A stretch of DNA of 44,396 bases from Candidatus Vogelbacteria bacterium (lineage in GTDB: Bacteria > Patescibacteriota > Minisyncoccia > Phycocordibacterales > XYD1-FULL-46-19). The stretch is from the NCBI GenBank assembly GCA_050485705.1, contig JBJHBV010000002.1:1-44396 (forward strand), in the 5' to 3' direction. The position numbers and the translations under genes were made by a program. The notes beneath the pieces are model-generated. The model did no database searches, had not been told where the DNA came from, and was given only the letters and a program-made list of their open reading frames with translations. Positions 20,267-29,535 of this stretch are shown here, piece by piece. Position 1 is the first letter of the stretch. Every line of letters begins with the position of its first letter.

Positions 20267-20689
20267 ATGGCACTATTTCCTAAAAAAGTTAAACATCGCA
20301 AATGGCAAACCGGAAGGGTTCATTCTGAAAAGAAGAACATTGCCACTAGAGGAGTCAATGTTAGTTTTGGCAGTTTTGGTCTGAAAGCTGAGACTAAAGG
20401 CCGAATCAGATCCAATCAGATAGAAGCTGCCCGTAAGACCATTTCTCGCAAAATGCAGAAAAAGGGTAAAATTTGGATTAGAATTTTCCCTGATAGGCCT
20501 TTTACCGCTAAGCCGGCTGAGGTTGGTATGGGTAAGGGAAAGGGAGACCCTCAAGGTTATGAGGTGGAAGTTAAGCCCGGAAGAGTATTGTTTGAAGTTG
20601 ATGGTTTATCAGAAGATATTGCTCGTGACGCTCTTAGAAAAGCGGGAGCTAAACTACCGGTCAAGACTAAGTTTGTTGCTAGAAAATAA
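20267..20689 (+). CDS. rplP: 50S ribosomal protein L16
   Basis: Sequence and synteny. Confidence 0.95.
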   Translation: MALFPKKVKHRKWQTGRVHSEKKNIATRGVNVSFGSFGLKAETKGRIRSNQIEAARKTISRKMQKKGKIWIRIFPDRPFTAKPAEVGMGKGKGDPQGYEVEVKPGRVLFEVDGLSEDIARDALRKAGAKLPVKTKFVARK

Positions 20690-20694
20690 TTATC

Positions 20695-20895
20695 ATGGCT
20701 AAAGTAAAATACAGCGAAAAATCAATAAAAGACCTTCAGAAACTTTTAACCGATAAAAGAAAGGCTTTGCGTGATTTTTATTTTGGGGTGGCTGGTGGTA
20801 AGATGACCGATGTTAAAAGTGCCAAAAACACTAGAAAAGATATTGCCAGAATTTTAACTAATTTGCATAAAAAGCAAGAAGAAGGTAAGGTGTAG
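20695..20895 (+). CDS. rpmC: 50S ribosomal protein L29
   Basis: Size and synteny. Confidence 0.85.
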   Translation: MAKVKYSEKSIKDLQKLLTDKRKALRDFYFGVAGGKMTDVKSAKNTRKDIARILTNLHKKQEEGKV

Positions 20896-20903
20896 AATCC
20901 AAT

Positions 20904-21149
20904 ATGAATACACAAACAGACAAAAAACCAAAAATCCTTGAAGGATCAGTCGTTTCAACCAAGATGGATAAAACCGTGGTGGTTGAGGTGGTTAGAATGT
21001 TTAAGGATAAGAAATATGGCAAATATATCAGGCGTTCTAAGCGTTATAAAGCTCATGACGCCAATAATGATTGTGTTGTTGGACAGAAAGTGACCATTAG
21101 AGAAGTTAAGCCAATTTCCAAAGATAAAACTTTTATTGTTGTAAAATAA
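20904..21149 (+). CDS. rpsQ: 30S ribosomal protein S17
   Basis: [14 protein letters not shown] sequence. Confidence 0.9.
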   Translation: MNTQTDKKPKILEGSVVSTKMDKTVVVEVVRMFKDKKYGKYIRRSKRYKAHDANNDCVVGQKVTIREVKPISKDKTFIVVK

Positions 21150-21150
21150 T

Positions 21151-21522
21151 ATGATTCAGCCACAGACTATTGTTAAAATCGCTGATAATACCGGAGCTAA
21201 GATCGGGAGGGTTTTTAAGGTTTTGGGTGGTTCAAAGAGACGCTATGCTCAGATTGGTGATATTGTTGTTTTGTCTGTCCAATCGGCTGAACCTCGCAAG
21301 CAAGTAAAAAAGAAAGATGTTTTACGAGCAGTAGTGGTTCGACAGAAGAAGGCTTTTCGTCGTAAGGATGGGTCGTATATTCGTTTTGATGAAAATGCGG
21401 TCGTTATTATTGATAAAGACAAAAAAGAGCCAAGAGGTGGTCGTATTTTCGGCCCTATTCCCAGGGAAATACCGGAACTTGGTTATCAGAAAATTGCTTC
21501 ATTGGCACCGGAAGTTGTTTAA
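21151..21522 (+). CDS. rplN: 50S ribosomal protein L14
   Basis: MIQPQT..ADNTGAK sequence. Confidence 0.97.
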   Translation: MIQPQTIVKIADNTGAKIGRVFKVLGGSKRRYAQIGDIVVLSVQSAEPRKQVKKKDVLRAVVVRQKKAFRRKDGSYIRFDENAVVIIDKDKKEPRGGRIFGPIPREIPELGYQKIASLAPEVV

Positions 21523-21531
21523 AACAGGCTT

Positions 21532-21837
21532 ATGTATATCAAGAAAGGAAAAACAGTTACCATTATTGCCGGTAAAGATAAGGGCAAGAAGGGAAAAGTA
21601 GCCAGAGTGTTGCGTGATAGCAACAGGGTTGTGATAGAAGGTCTTAATTTAATGAAGAGAAGAATCAGACCAAGAAAGTCCGGGGAAAAAGGTCAGGTGG
21701 TTGAGGTGGCTAACCCTCTTAATTTGTCCAATGTTATGATATTTTGCGATAAATGCAACAAAGGGGTTAGGACCAAAGCGACTTTCAAAAAAGATAAGAA
21801 AATTAATGTTTGTGTAAAGTGTGAAAAGGAATTATAG
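21532..21837 (+). CDS. rplX: 50S ribosomal protein L24 with CxxC...CxxC C-terminus
   Basis: KKGKTVTIIAGKDKGKKGKV KOW motif. C-terminal CDKC...CVKC. Confidence 0.9.
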   Translation: MYIKKGKTVTIIAGKDKGKKGKVARVLRDSNRVVIEGLNLMKRRIRPRKSGEKGQVVEVANPLNLSNVMIFCDKCNKGVRTKATFKKDKKINVCVKCEKEL

Positions 21838-21841
21838 AGAT

Positions 21842-22381
21842 ATGTTAGAGACAGTAAAACAAAAATATATAGATGGTGTTGCCGGTATTAAGGCTAAATT
21901 AGGTTTATCTAATAACAATCAAGTCCCTAAAATAGTAAAGGTGGTTGTTAGTTCCGGTACCGGTAAGGCCAAGGATAAAGCCAAGAATGATTTTGTAGCT
22001 GGTCGTTTGGCAAAAATTACCGGACAAAAACCTTCTTTAAGGGGAGCTAAAAAATCAATCGCTTCTTTTAAACTTCGTCAGGGTGATATTATTGGAGTTT
22101 CTGTCACTTTGCGCGGGGCTAGAATGTATGGTTTTTTGAACAAACTTATCAATATTGCTTTGCCTAGAACCAGAGATTTTAAAGGTTTTGATATCAAATC
22201 TATTGATGAGATAGGCAACTTAACTATCGGCATCCGAGAGCATACTATTTTCCCGGAAACTGCCGATGAGGAGTTGCGAGATGTCTTCAGTTTGTCTGTT
22301 ACGATTGTCACTACCGCCCGAAACAGAGAGGAGGCTAAATTATTGTTGGAAACAATAGGCTTTCCTTTCAAGAAGGATTAA
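21842..22381 (+). CDS. rplE: 50S ribosomal protein L5
   Basis: Sequence and synteny. Start taken at the in-frame ATG 21842. Confidence 0.9.
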   Translation: MLETVKQKYIDGVAGIKAKLGLSNNNQVPKIVKVVVSSGTGKAKDKAKNDFVAGRLAKITGQKPSLRGAKKSIASFKLRQGDIIGVSVTLRGARMYGFLNKLINIALPRTRDFKGFDIKSIDEIGNLTIGIREHTIFPETADEELRDVFSLSVTIVTTARNREEAKLLLETIGFPFKKD

Positions 22382-22462
22382 TTTTTGGTTTGACATTAGG
22401 CGGTCTCCTTGTTAGGATAGGACTGGCTCATTTGGGCCACTTTTTAACTTTAATAGTGTTTT

Positions 22463-22648
22463 ATGGCTAAAAAATCAGTAATCGCAAGAGCAGAAAAGAC
22501 ACCCAAGTTTCAATCACGGGTTGTTCGTCGATGTTTCCGTTGTGGCCGTAAACACGGTTTTATGAGAGATTTTGGCTTGTGTCGAATTTGTTTTAGAGAA
22601 TTAGCCAACGAGGGTAAAATCCCGGGTGTAAGAAAGTCATCATGGTAA
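22463..22648 (+). CDS. rpsN: 30S ribosomal protein S14 type Z (zinc form)
   Basis: 61 aa with CFRCGR...CRICFRE. Confidence 0.95.
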   Translation: MAKKSVIARAEKTPKFQSRVVRRCFRCGRKHGFMRDFGLCRICFRELANEGKIPGVRKSSW

Positions 22649-23037
22649 CCGATCCAATATCAGATATGTTGATTCAGATAAAGAATTCTGCCATGGTGGG
22701 CAAGAAATCTTTAGTTGTTCCTCATTCCAAGATTAAATTTGAAATCGCCAAGATTTTGAAACGAGAAGGCTATTTGTCCGACTTATCACGTCGGGGCAAG
22801 AAAATAAAAAGGAGTATCTATATGGAAATAGCCTATGATGAGAGTGGGTCACCTAAATTTAAAGAAGTAAAGAGGGTCTCTAAACCTTCCAAGAGAATTT
22901 ATCAAGGTTTTAAAGAAATTAAATCTGTACGTCAGGGTTACGGTTTGTCTGTTGTTTCTACCCCTAGGGGTTTGTTAGTAGATAAGGAAGCCAGAAAAGA
23001 GCGTTTAGGAGGAGAGATTTTATTTACTTTGTGGTAA
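22642..23037 (+). CDS. rpsH: 30S ribosomal protein S8
   Basis: [12 protein letters not shown] sequence. Confidence 0.95.
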   Translation: MVTDPISDMLIQIKNSAMVGKKSLVVPHSKIKFEIAKILKREGYLSDLSRRGKKIKRSIYMEIAYDESGSPKFKEVKRVSKPSKRIYQGFKEIKSVRQGYGLSVVSTPRGLLVDKEARKERLGGEILFTLW

Positions 23038-23046
23038 TTAAGAATT

Positions 23047-23583
23047 ATGTCAAGAATTGGCCGTCAAATTATAAATATTCCCGATAAGGTTAAAGTCTCA
23101 ATGACAGACGGTACTTTTTCTGTGGTTGGTCCCCTTGGCACTTTGACCAAGCAGTTTCGTGATGATGTGGCTATAAATATTACCGATAAGGAAATCACCT
23201 TTTCACCTCAAAACGATACTGCCTTGGCTCAAGCTTTGTGGGGTACTTATGCTTCTCATGTTAAAAATATGATTTTGGGAGTGACCGAAGGTTTCACTAA
23301 AAAGTTGATTATTGAAGGTGTTGGGTTTAAGGCTAATTTGAAAGGGAATGACCTGGAGCTTGATTTGGGTTTTTCTCATCCGGTGATAGTTAAAATCCCT
23401 AACGATCTTCAGGTGACAGTAGAGAAAAACCTAGTCACTATTAGCGGTTTTGATAAAGAATTGGTCGGTGAGTTTTCAGCCAAGATAAGAGCTTATAAAA
23501 AAACCGAACCCTACAAAGGTAAAGGTATTCGTTATGATAATGAGATTGTAAGACGTAAGCAGGGTAAGAAAACAGTAGGATAA
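23047..23583 (+). CDS. rplF: 50S ribosomal protein L6
   Basis: MSRIGRQIINIP sequence. Confidence 0.95.
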   Translation: MSRIGRQIINIPDKVKVSMTDGTFSVVGPLGTLTKQFRDDVAINITDKEITFSPQNDTALAQALWGTYASHVKNMILGVTEGFTKKLIIEGVGFKANLKGNDLELDLGFSHPVIVKIPNDLQVTVEKNLVTISGFDKELVGEFSAKIRAYKKTEPYKGKGIRYDNEIVRRKQGKKTVG

Positions 23584-23584
23584 T

Positions 23585-23953
23585 ATGCTTAATAAAACCA
23601 AAAAATTCATCCCCAAAAAAATTCGCCAAAGCCGAGTACGGTCTAAGATTTTTGGTACTGCCGAGAGACCTCGCTTATCTGTTTTTCGGTCTAATCGTTT
23701 TATTTATGCATCTTTGATTGATGACACTAAAGCCGTTACTTTGCTCTCAGTCAGCGACATGAAAAACCCAAAGATCAAAGCTAAGACCACTTTCGGTAAG
23801 GTGGAAAAAGCTGAAGCTGTGGGTAAAAAGATAGCTGAGCTTGCCTTAGCTAAAGGTATCAAAACAGCGGTCTTTGATCGAGCCGGATATCGTTATGCCG
23901 GGAGAGTGGCCGGTGTAGCTAAAGGAGCGCGTGATGGCGGTTTGGAATTTTAA
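23585..23953 (+). CDS. rplR: 50S ribosomal protein L18
   Basis: Sequence and synteny. Confidence 0.9.
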   Translation: MLNKTKKFIPKKIRQSRVRSKIFGTAERPRLSVFRSNRFIYASLIDDTKAVTLLSVSDMKNPKIKAKTTFGKVEKAEAVGKKIAELALAKGIKTAVFDRAGYRYAGRVAGVAKGARDGGLEF

Positions 23954-23962
23954 TTTTTTATT

Positions 23963-24457
23963 ATGGAAACACCAAGAAAAAATAACAATAGAAAAGCCAG
24001 AGCCCCCAGAGAAGAGAGGCCGGCCCCGGAATTTGAGCACAAGATAGTTGATGTGCGCCGTGTAACCAGAGTGGTAGCCGGAGGAAGGCGATTTAGTTTT
24101 TCGGTGGTTGTAGTGATTGGTGACCGCAAAGGCCGAGTGGGTGTGGGTATAGGTAAGGCCAGTGACACTTCTTTGGCTATTGATAAGGCTATCAATCAGG
24201 CTAAGAAAAATATGTTTAAGATTAAAATGACAGAAAACAAATCTATTCCTCACGAGGTTGATGCTAAATTTAACGCTTCTGTTTTATATTTGAGACCAGC
24301 TCCCGGAAGAGGTTTGGTAGCCGGTAGTTCGGTCAGAACAGTTTTGGATTTGGCCGGATTGACTGATGTAAATGCCAAGCTTAATTCTCGTAGTAAAAAT
24401 AAACTTAACAATGCCCGTAGTGCCGCTTTGGCTCTCAAGCAATTAGCTTTGAAATAA
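23963..24457 (+). CDS. rpsE: 30S ribosomal protein S5
   Basis: [25 protein letters not shown] sequence. Confidence 0.95.
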   Translation: METPRKNNNRKARAPREERPAPEFEHKIVDVRRVTRVVAGGRRFSFSVVVVIGDRKGRVGVGIGKASDTSLAIDKAINQAKKNMFKIKMTENKSIPHEVDAKFNASVLYLRPAPGRGLVAGSSVRTVLDLAGLTDVNAKLNSRSKNKLNNARSAALALKQLALK

Positions 24458-24462
24458 TATTT

Positions 24463-24900
24463 ATGCAGATACATGAGATAAAAAGAAATACTACCCAGAA
24501 AGCCAAACGCCAAGTTGGTAGAGGGGGTAATACCGGAAAAACCTCCGGTCGTGGGACTAAGGGTCAGAAAGCAAGGGCCGGTAGTAAAATCAGACCTGAG
24601 ATTAGAGACCGGATCAAAAAATTACCCAAGAAAAGAGGTTATCGCTTTTCTTCTATTACAGTAAAACCGGCAGCCATAAACTTGGCGGTTATTAATAAGT
24701 CTTTTTCTGATGGAGCGATAATTACTCCTGAGACCCTTCTTTCTTTGGGGTTGGTAAAAAGAGTGGGGGGTAAGACTCCGGCTGTAAAAATTTTAGGTCA
24801 TGGTGAGCTAACTGCTAAAAACCTTGTTTTTAAAGGTTGTGATCTGTCAGCTAAGGCTTTAGAGATCGTGTCTAAGGCTGGTGGGAAGGTAGAGAAATAA
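24463..24900 (+). CDS. rplO: 50S ribosomal protein L15 (follows S5 directly, no L30 gene between)
   Basis: GRGG..GKTSGRG.KGQK motif. Confidence 0.9.
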   Translation: MQIHEIKRNTTQKAKRQVGRGGNTGKTSGRGTKGQKARAGSKIRPEIRDRIKKLPKKRGYRFSSITVKPAAINLAVINKSFSDGAIITPETLLSLGLVKRVGGKTPAVKILGHGELTAKNLVFKGCDLSAKALEIVSKAGGKVEK

Positions 24901-24948
24901 TTAATTCCGATACTAGAATAAAATTCAGAGCTCGGATACAATTAAAAA

Positions 24949-26220
24949 ATGGATACTTTTTTTCAAAAAATAAGATTAATTCTCAGTGATAAGCACTTAA
25001 GCAAAAAGATATTTTTTATTGGGGCCATTTTGGTCTTGTTTCGTTTTGGGGCTTCTATCCCTATTCCTAGTGTTGATGTTCTGGCTTTACAGCAATTCTT
25101 TGCCGGTAATCAATTTTTAGGTCTTTTGAATGTTTTTTCGGGAGGTGGCTTGGCTAATCTGTCTATTATGATGCTTGGGGTCGGGCCCTTCATTACTGCG
25201 GCTATTATTATGCAGTTAATGACTTTGATATTCCCCGCTTTGAAACAACTCTATCATGAAGAAGGAGAAGCCGGGCGCCGTAAGGTGGCTCAGTATTCAA
25301 GACTATTAACCGTTCCTCTGGCTTTGATGCAGGGTTTTGGTCTTTTGGCTTTACTTGAGAGTCAAGGTATTTTACTTAATTTGACTTTTGCTGATCGTTT
25401 AACTAATGCTATTATTGTCGCAACCGGTTCTCTTCTTTTGATGTGGCTGGGAGAGTTGATCAATGAATATGGTATTGGTAATGGTGTTTCTATTTTGATT
25501 TTTGCCGGTATTTTGGCTCAGTTGCCAACCACAGTGACTCAGCTTTTGGTAACTTTTGATCCATCTCAAATCCCAACCTTTGTTGGTTTTGCCGTTTTGG
25601 CTGTCGTGATTATCGGCGGGGTAGTAATTGTAACTGAAGGTGAAAGACCTATTCCAGTCACTTATGCTAAAAGGGTAAGAGGGATGAAAGTCTATGGTGG
25701 GGTTTCTACCTATTTGCCTATCAGGGTCAACAATGCCGGGGTTATGCCTATCATTTTTGCTCTGTCTATTTTGCTTTTTCCGGAGATGGTTTTGAATTTC
25801 TTAAGCGGAATTGGTAATCCGGCGGTGGAATCAATAGCTAATATGTTGCTCGGATTCATTGGTAATCTGTGGCTTTATTCCATTTTTTACTTCTTCTTGG
25901 TGTTTGCTTTCACTTATTTCTATTCAGCTATCACTTTTGATCCTCATGCTATTTCACAAAATCTACAGAAGAGCGGGGCTTTTGTTCCTGGGGTAAGGCC
26001 AGGTAAATCAACTGAAGAGTATTTGGCTAAGATTTTGACTCGTCTGACTTTTGTGGGAGCTGTTTTTTTGGGGGTAGTGGCTATGTTACCGCTTATTATG
26101 CAGGCTATCACTAATATCCCAGCTCTGGCTATTGGCGGAACCGGACTTTTGATTGTGGTTTCAGTAGCCCTTGATTTGGTTAAGAAAATTGATGCTCAGG
26201 TCACGATGAGGGAGTACTAG
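24949..26220 (+). CDS. secY: preprotein translocase subunit SecY
   Basis: 10-TM protein with SecY sequence, and synteny. Confidence 0.95.
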   Translation: MDTFFQKIRLILSDKHLSKKIFFIGAILVLFRFGASIPIPSVDVLALQQFFAGNQFLGLLNVFSGGGLANLSIMMLGVGPFITAAIIMQLMTLIFPALKQLYHEEGEAGRRKVAQYSRLLTVPLALMQGFGLLALLESQGILLNLTFADRLTNAIIVATGSLLLMWLGELINEYGIGNGVSILIFAGILAQLPTTVTQLLVTFDPSQIPTFVGFAVLAVVIIGGVVIVTEGERPIPVTYAKRVRGMKVYGGVSTYLPIRVNNAGVMPIIFALSILLFPEMVLNFLSGIGNPAVESIANMLLGFIGNLWLYSIFYFFLVFAFTYFYSAITFDPHAISQNLQKSGAFVPGVRPGKSTEEYLAKILTRLTFVGAVFLGVVAMLPLIMQAITNIPALAIGGTGLLIVVSVALDLVKKIDAQVTMREY

Positions 26221-26274
26221 ATCTTTGTGGGTAAAAAGTTTGCTCACAGTCATTATTGTTTCTATAATCAATCT

Positions 26275-26481
26275 ATGAGTAATGTAGTATTTGATTCTGA
26301 CGAAAATATTTCTCGGGATAATATCAGGCCATCTAAGGTTCCCGGTCTAACTGGTTGGTTGATGCAACATTCTTTCGGTATTCTAAATACTGAGAGGAAA
26401 GCCAATGTCTTTATGGTTTTGGTGGCCGTAGTGTTTTTCTTGCTGTCTTTCGTTATCTTGTTTCAGACTTTTTTTAATTAA
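26275..26481 (+). CDS. small membrane protein, hypothetical (alternative GTG start at 26227)
   Basis: Single C-terminal TM helix. ORF only. Confidence 0.4.
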   Translation: MSNVVFDSDENISRDNIRPSKVPGLTGWLMQHSFGILNTERKANVFMVLVAVVFFLLSFVILFQTFFN

Positions 26482-26483
26482 TT

Positions 26484-26894
26484 ATGTCTTTTCTTTCACG
26501 ACAAAGGGGCTTCTCTTTGATAGAGCTTTTAGTGATTGCTTCTATTATTATGCTTCTATCTACCATTGTCTTGTCTTCTCTTGACTTACAGCGCAAGAGA
26601 GCTCGTGATGCGGTCAGAAAGACTGATATTCAATTCTTACGCTCAGCTTTGGAGCTATATTCGGTCACCAATGGACAGTATCCTTCAGATTTACAATCTC
26701 TTATTGGTTTGGAAGATATAAATTTCTTACCGACAGATCCTTCTTCTGGACAGAATTATGAATATTCCCGTGAAAGTGCTTTTAGTTTCCAGCTTTATGC
26801 TATTTTGGAAGGCTCGGGTGATGATCGGTGTTGGGTTGATGATATTGCTAATGGTAAGGGGGAAATAGATTGTGACTCCATCACCCAGCCTTAA
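26484..26894 (+). CDS. type IV pilin / pseudopilin-like protein with prepilin signal
   Basis: RG-FSLIELLVIASII class III signal peptide (G/F cleavage site, Glu at +5). Confidence 0.8.
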   Translation: MSFLSRQRGFSLIELLVIASIIMLLSTIVLSSLDLQRKRARDAVRKTDIQFLRSALELYSVTNGQYPSDLQSLIGLEDINFLPTDPSSGQNYEYSRESAFSFQLYAILEGSGDDRCWVDDIANGKGEIDCDSITQP

Positions 26895-26962
26895 TTGCAA
26901 AGATCCCTATTTATGTTTAAATGTCTTAGGTTTTTTATTAATTACTAGCTAAGACTTTTTTA

Positions 26963-27574
26963 ATGTCATCACTTCCTAAAGAGGTATATATATTCATTGG
27001 CCGTTCTGGTTGTGGTAAGGGTACCCAATCTAAGCTTTTGATAGATCATCTTAATCGCAGAGAAAACAGTGGTTCAGGTAGACCGGTATTGTATATGGAA
27101 ACCGGTCAGAGATTTCGTGACTTTATTGCCGGATCTTCTTATTCTAGTGCTTTGTCTAAGGCTTTGATGGATAGATCAGAAAGACAACCTTCTTTTTTGG
27201 CTATTTGGACTTGGGCTGATATTTTGGTGGATGCTCTAAAGGGTGAAGAAATTTTGTTGTTTGACGGTACTCCCAGGTCTTTGATTGAGGCTGAAGCACT
27301 AGATACCGCCCTGACTTTTTATGGCTTTACTAAAAAGTATGTCATTTATCTTGATGTTTCTCGGGTCTGGTCTGAGAAACATCTTTTAGAGAGAGGTCGT
27401 AAAGATGATACTAAAGAAGATATTATCAAAAGACTTGATTGGTTTGATCGTGATGTCCTGCCGGCTGTTGATTACTATCGTACTCATTCTGATTATACTT
27501 TCTTAAATATTAACGGCGAACAGGGTATTCCAGCCGTTTCTGGTGAGATTTTATCTTTTTTGAAAAATGATTAG
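26963..27574 (+). CDS. adk: adenylate kinase-like nucleotide kinase
   Basis: GRSGCGKGTQ P-loop and conserved position after secY. Divergent sequence. Confidence 0.7.
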   Translation: MSSLPKEVYIFIGRSGCGKGTQSKLLIDHLNRRENSGSGRPVLYMETGQRFRDFIAGSSYSSALSKALMDRSERQPSFLAIWTWADILVDALKGEEILLFDGTPRSLIEAEALDTALTFYGFTKKYVIYLDVSRVWSEKHLLERGRKDDTKEDIIKRLDWFDRDVLPAVDYYRTHSDYTFLNINGEQGIPAVSGEILSFLKND

Positions 27575-28331
27575 ATTAAAAACAGACAAAGATATCCCTC
27601 ACTTGGTAGAATCAGGCCGCAGATTGGCTGAGATCATAAAAGCTTTAAAGGAGGAGATAAGACCGGGGGTTTCTACGGCTCATTTGGATGACTTAGCCAG
27701 AGAGAAAATTGAGGCTTATGGCGATAAGCCGGCTTTTCTTAATTTTAGACCTAAGGGGTCTCGTTTGGCCTATCCGGCTTCTTTATGCGTTTCCATTAAT
27801 GAAGAAATCGTTCATGGCATACCTTCCAGAAGAGAAATAGAAGAGGGTGATGTGGTGACCATAGATTTGGGAGTCAATCATCAGGGTTATTTTACTGATC
27901 ATGCTGTGACTGTGGCAGTGGGAGAAGTTTCTTCGGAGATTAAGCGTTTATTGACTGTTACTGAGGAATCGCTTTATGTTGGCATAAAAGAGGCTTTGCC
28001 CGGTAAGACCATAGGGGATATCGGATTTGCTATCGGGTCTCATATTAAAAAACACAACCTCGGTTTGATTAGAGAGTTGGCTGGCCATGGGGTTGGCTTT
28101 TCGCCCCATGAAGAACCATTAGTGCCTAATGATGGTCGTTCGGGACAAGGGATTAGGTTGCAACCGGGATTGGTTCTGGCTCTTGAACCAATGGTGTCTT
28201 TAGGTGGCCCGGAGATTGATTTACTGGACGATGGTTTTACTTTCGTTACTAAAGATGATAGTATCAGTGCACATTTTGAGCATACGATTCTGATAACCGA
28301 ATCAGAACCGATAATTTTAACTAAAAATTAA
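27567..28331 (+). CDS. map: methionine aminopeptidase type I
   Basis: VHGIP, DLG, GHGVG and EP...HFEHT metal-ligand pattern. Confidence 0.9.
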   Translation: MIRLKTDKDIPHLVESGRRLAEIIKALKEEIRPGVSTAHLDDLAREKIEAYGDKPAFLNFRPKGSRLAYPASLCVSINEEIVHGIPSRREIEEGDVVTIDLGVNHQGYFTDHAVTVAVGEVSSEIKRLLTVTEESLYVGIKEALPGKTIGDIGFAIGSHIKKHNLGLIRELAGHGVGFSPHEEPLVPNDGRSGQGIRLQPGLVLALEPMVSLGGPEIDLLDDGFTFVTKDDSISAHFEHTILITESEPIILTKN

Positions 28332-28332
28332 T

Positions 28333-28809
28333 ATGGACAATAAACACGAACAAACTTTGGTGATTATCAAACCTGATGCCGTGCACCGCAGTTTATTGGG
28401 TGAAATAATCCATCGTTTTGAGAGAAAGGGTCTTCGTATTGTCGGTTTGAAAATGGTGAAATTGGAAGATGTTGTTTTGGAAGAACATTACAGCCACTTG
28501 AAAGACAAACCCTTCTTTCCGGGAATTAAAGATTTTATGAAATCAGCCCCGGTTGTTTTGTTGGTTCTTGAGGGTTATAACGCCATCAATGCTACCAGAT
28601 TAATCGTTGGCCCCACTAAGGGTTACGAGGCTGATGCCGGATCTATTAGGGGAGATTTTTCTTTAAGTACACAGTCTAATATTGTTCATGCTTCTGATAG
28701 TGTGGAAAATGGCAAGATTGAAGTCGGGCGTTTCTTTACCAAAGAAGAATTACACGAATATACCAAAGCAGAGTATCCTCATTTATACGCTCCAGACGAA
28801 CAAAAATAA
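28333..28809 (+). CDS. ndk: nucleoside diphosphate kinase
   Basis: TLVIIKPDAV...NIVHASDS motifs. Confidence 0.9.
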   Translation: MDNKHEQTLVIIKPDAVHRSLLGEIIHRFERKGLRIVGLKMVKLEDVVLEEHYSHLKDKPFFPGIKDFMKSAPVVLLVLEGYNAINATRLIVGPTKGYEADAGSIRGDFSLSTQSNIVHASDSVENGKIEVGRFFTKEELHEYTKAEYPHLYAPDEQK

Positions 28810-28850
28810 GCTTTAAATAGCAAGGTAAAATTTAATACCTTTCTATACTC

Positions 28851-28879
28851 TTAACTTAAATTGTAAATAGGAGTATAAT
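28851..28879 (+). promoter_or_regulatory. sigma70-type promoter of the candidate small RNA
   Basis: TTAACT, 17-nt spacer, TATAAT. Confidence 0.55.
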
Positions 28880-28885
28880 CTAGAC

Positions 28886-29042
28886 AGGTTGCTTAGGGTA
28901 TTATCTAGAACATTTTGTCTTTCGGGAGTTCTATATTATCTTGCATCTTGGTGTAAGATTGCGGACACCCACCTAGTTTAGGCTAGGTAAGGCACCCTAA
29001 GTAACCCAAAACAAAACCCATCCCAGTGATGGGTTTTGTTTT
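28886..29042 (+). ncRNA. candidate structured small RNA of unknown class
   Basis: A 13-bp closing helix (28887-28899 with 28994-29006) encloses three hairpins. A 15-bp intrinsic terminator follows at 29008-29042. Confidence 0.5.
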
Positions 29043-29069
29043 GCTCCTTTGGCACAACTAAGCTAAAAT
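29041..29069 (+). promoter_or_regulatory. promoter placing the transcription start at or next to the GTG start codon (leaderless mRNA candidate)
   Basis: TTGCTC, 17-nt spacer, TAAAAT, then 7 nt to the GTG at 29077. No Shine-Dalgarno sequence. Confidence 0.4.
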
Positions 29070-29076
29070 AAACACA

Positions 29077-29535
29077 GTGAATATTATTTGGCGACAACCG
29101 GTTCTTTATTTTTTGGTAGTTTTAATTACCGTTATAGCTGTACTCAACTATTACGCCTTTCAAAACTTTTGGTATTGGCGTATTGTGTGGTTTGATTTAG
29201 TGATGCATTTCTTGGGTGGTTTATTTGTTTCAGTTTCTATTATTTGGCTATATTTAGCTTGGAATAGATTGTCTCTTCAAGAGGCTGGTTTTAGGAGAAT
29301 CTTGTTTATCGGATTGGCGGGAGCTTTGGTTGTTGGTGGAGCTTGGGAGTTGTTTGAATTTGGGGTTGATTATTACTGGCAAGTACCTATTCATTTGAAA
29401 ACATTTACTGATTTACAAGAAAGTCATTTGGACACTCTTTCTGATTTGGCTTTTGATGTGATTGGAGCAATTTTTGGCAGTTTGCTTTTATGGTTTACGC
29501 CTTTGATTAATAATATAAGAAAAAATAATGAATAA
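29077..29535 (+). CDS. four-TM membrane protein, hypothetical
   Basis: Hydrophobicity pattern with conserved-looking H..GG, WELFEF and D...D..GA motifs. Family not recognised. Confidence 0.6.
   Translation: MNIIWRQPVLYFLVVLITVIAVLNYYAFQNFWYWRIVWFDLVMHFLGGLFVSVSIIWLYLAWNRLSLQEAGFRRILFIGLAGALVVGGAWELFEFGVDYYWQVPIHLKTFTDLQESHLDTLSDLAFDVIGAIFGSLLLWFTPLINNIRKNNE

Noticed and set aside
28886-29042. SRP (4.5S) RNA. The 32122-32239 RNA was also considered.
   Set aside because: Neither shows the GNRA-capped helix 8 with the conserved GGAA...AGCA loop pattern. The resemblance of UUAGGAAGGAGGGCAGAU to the E. coli 4.5S segment is too short to trust.
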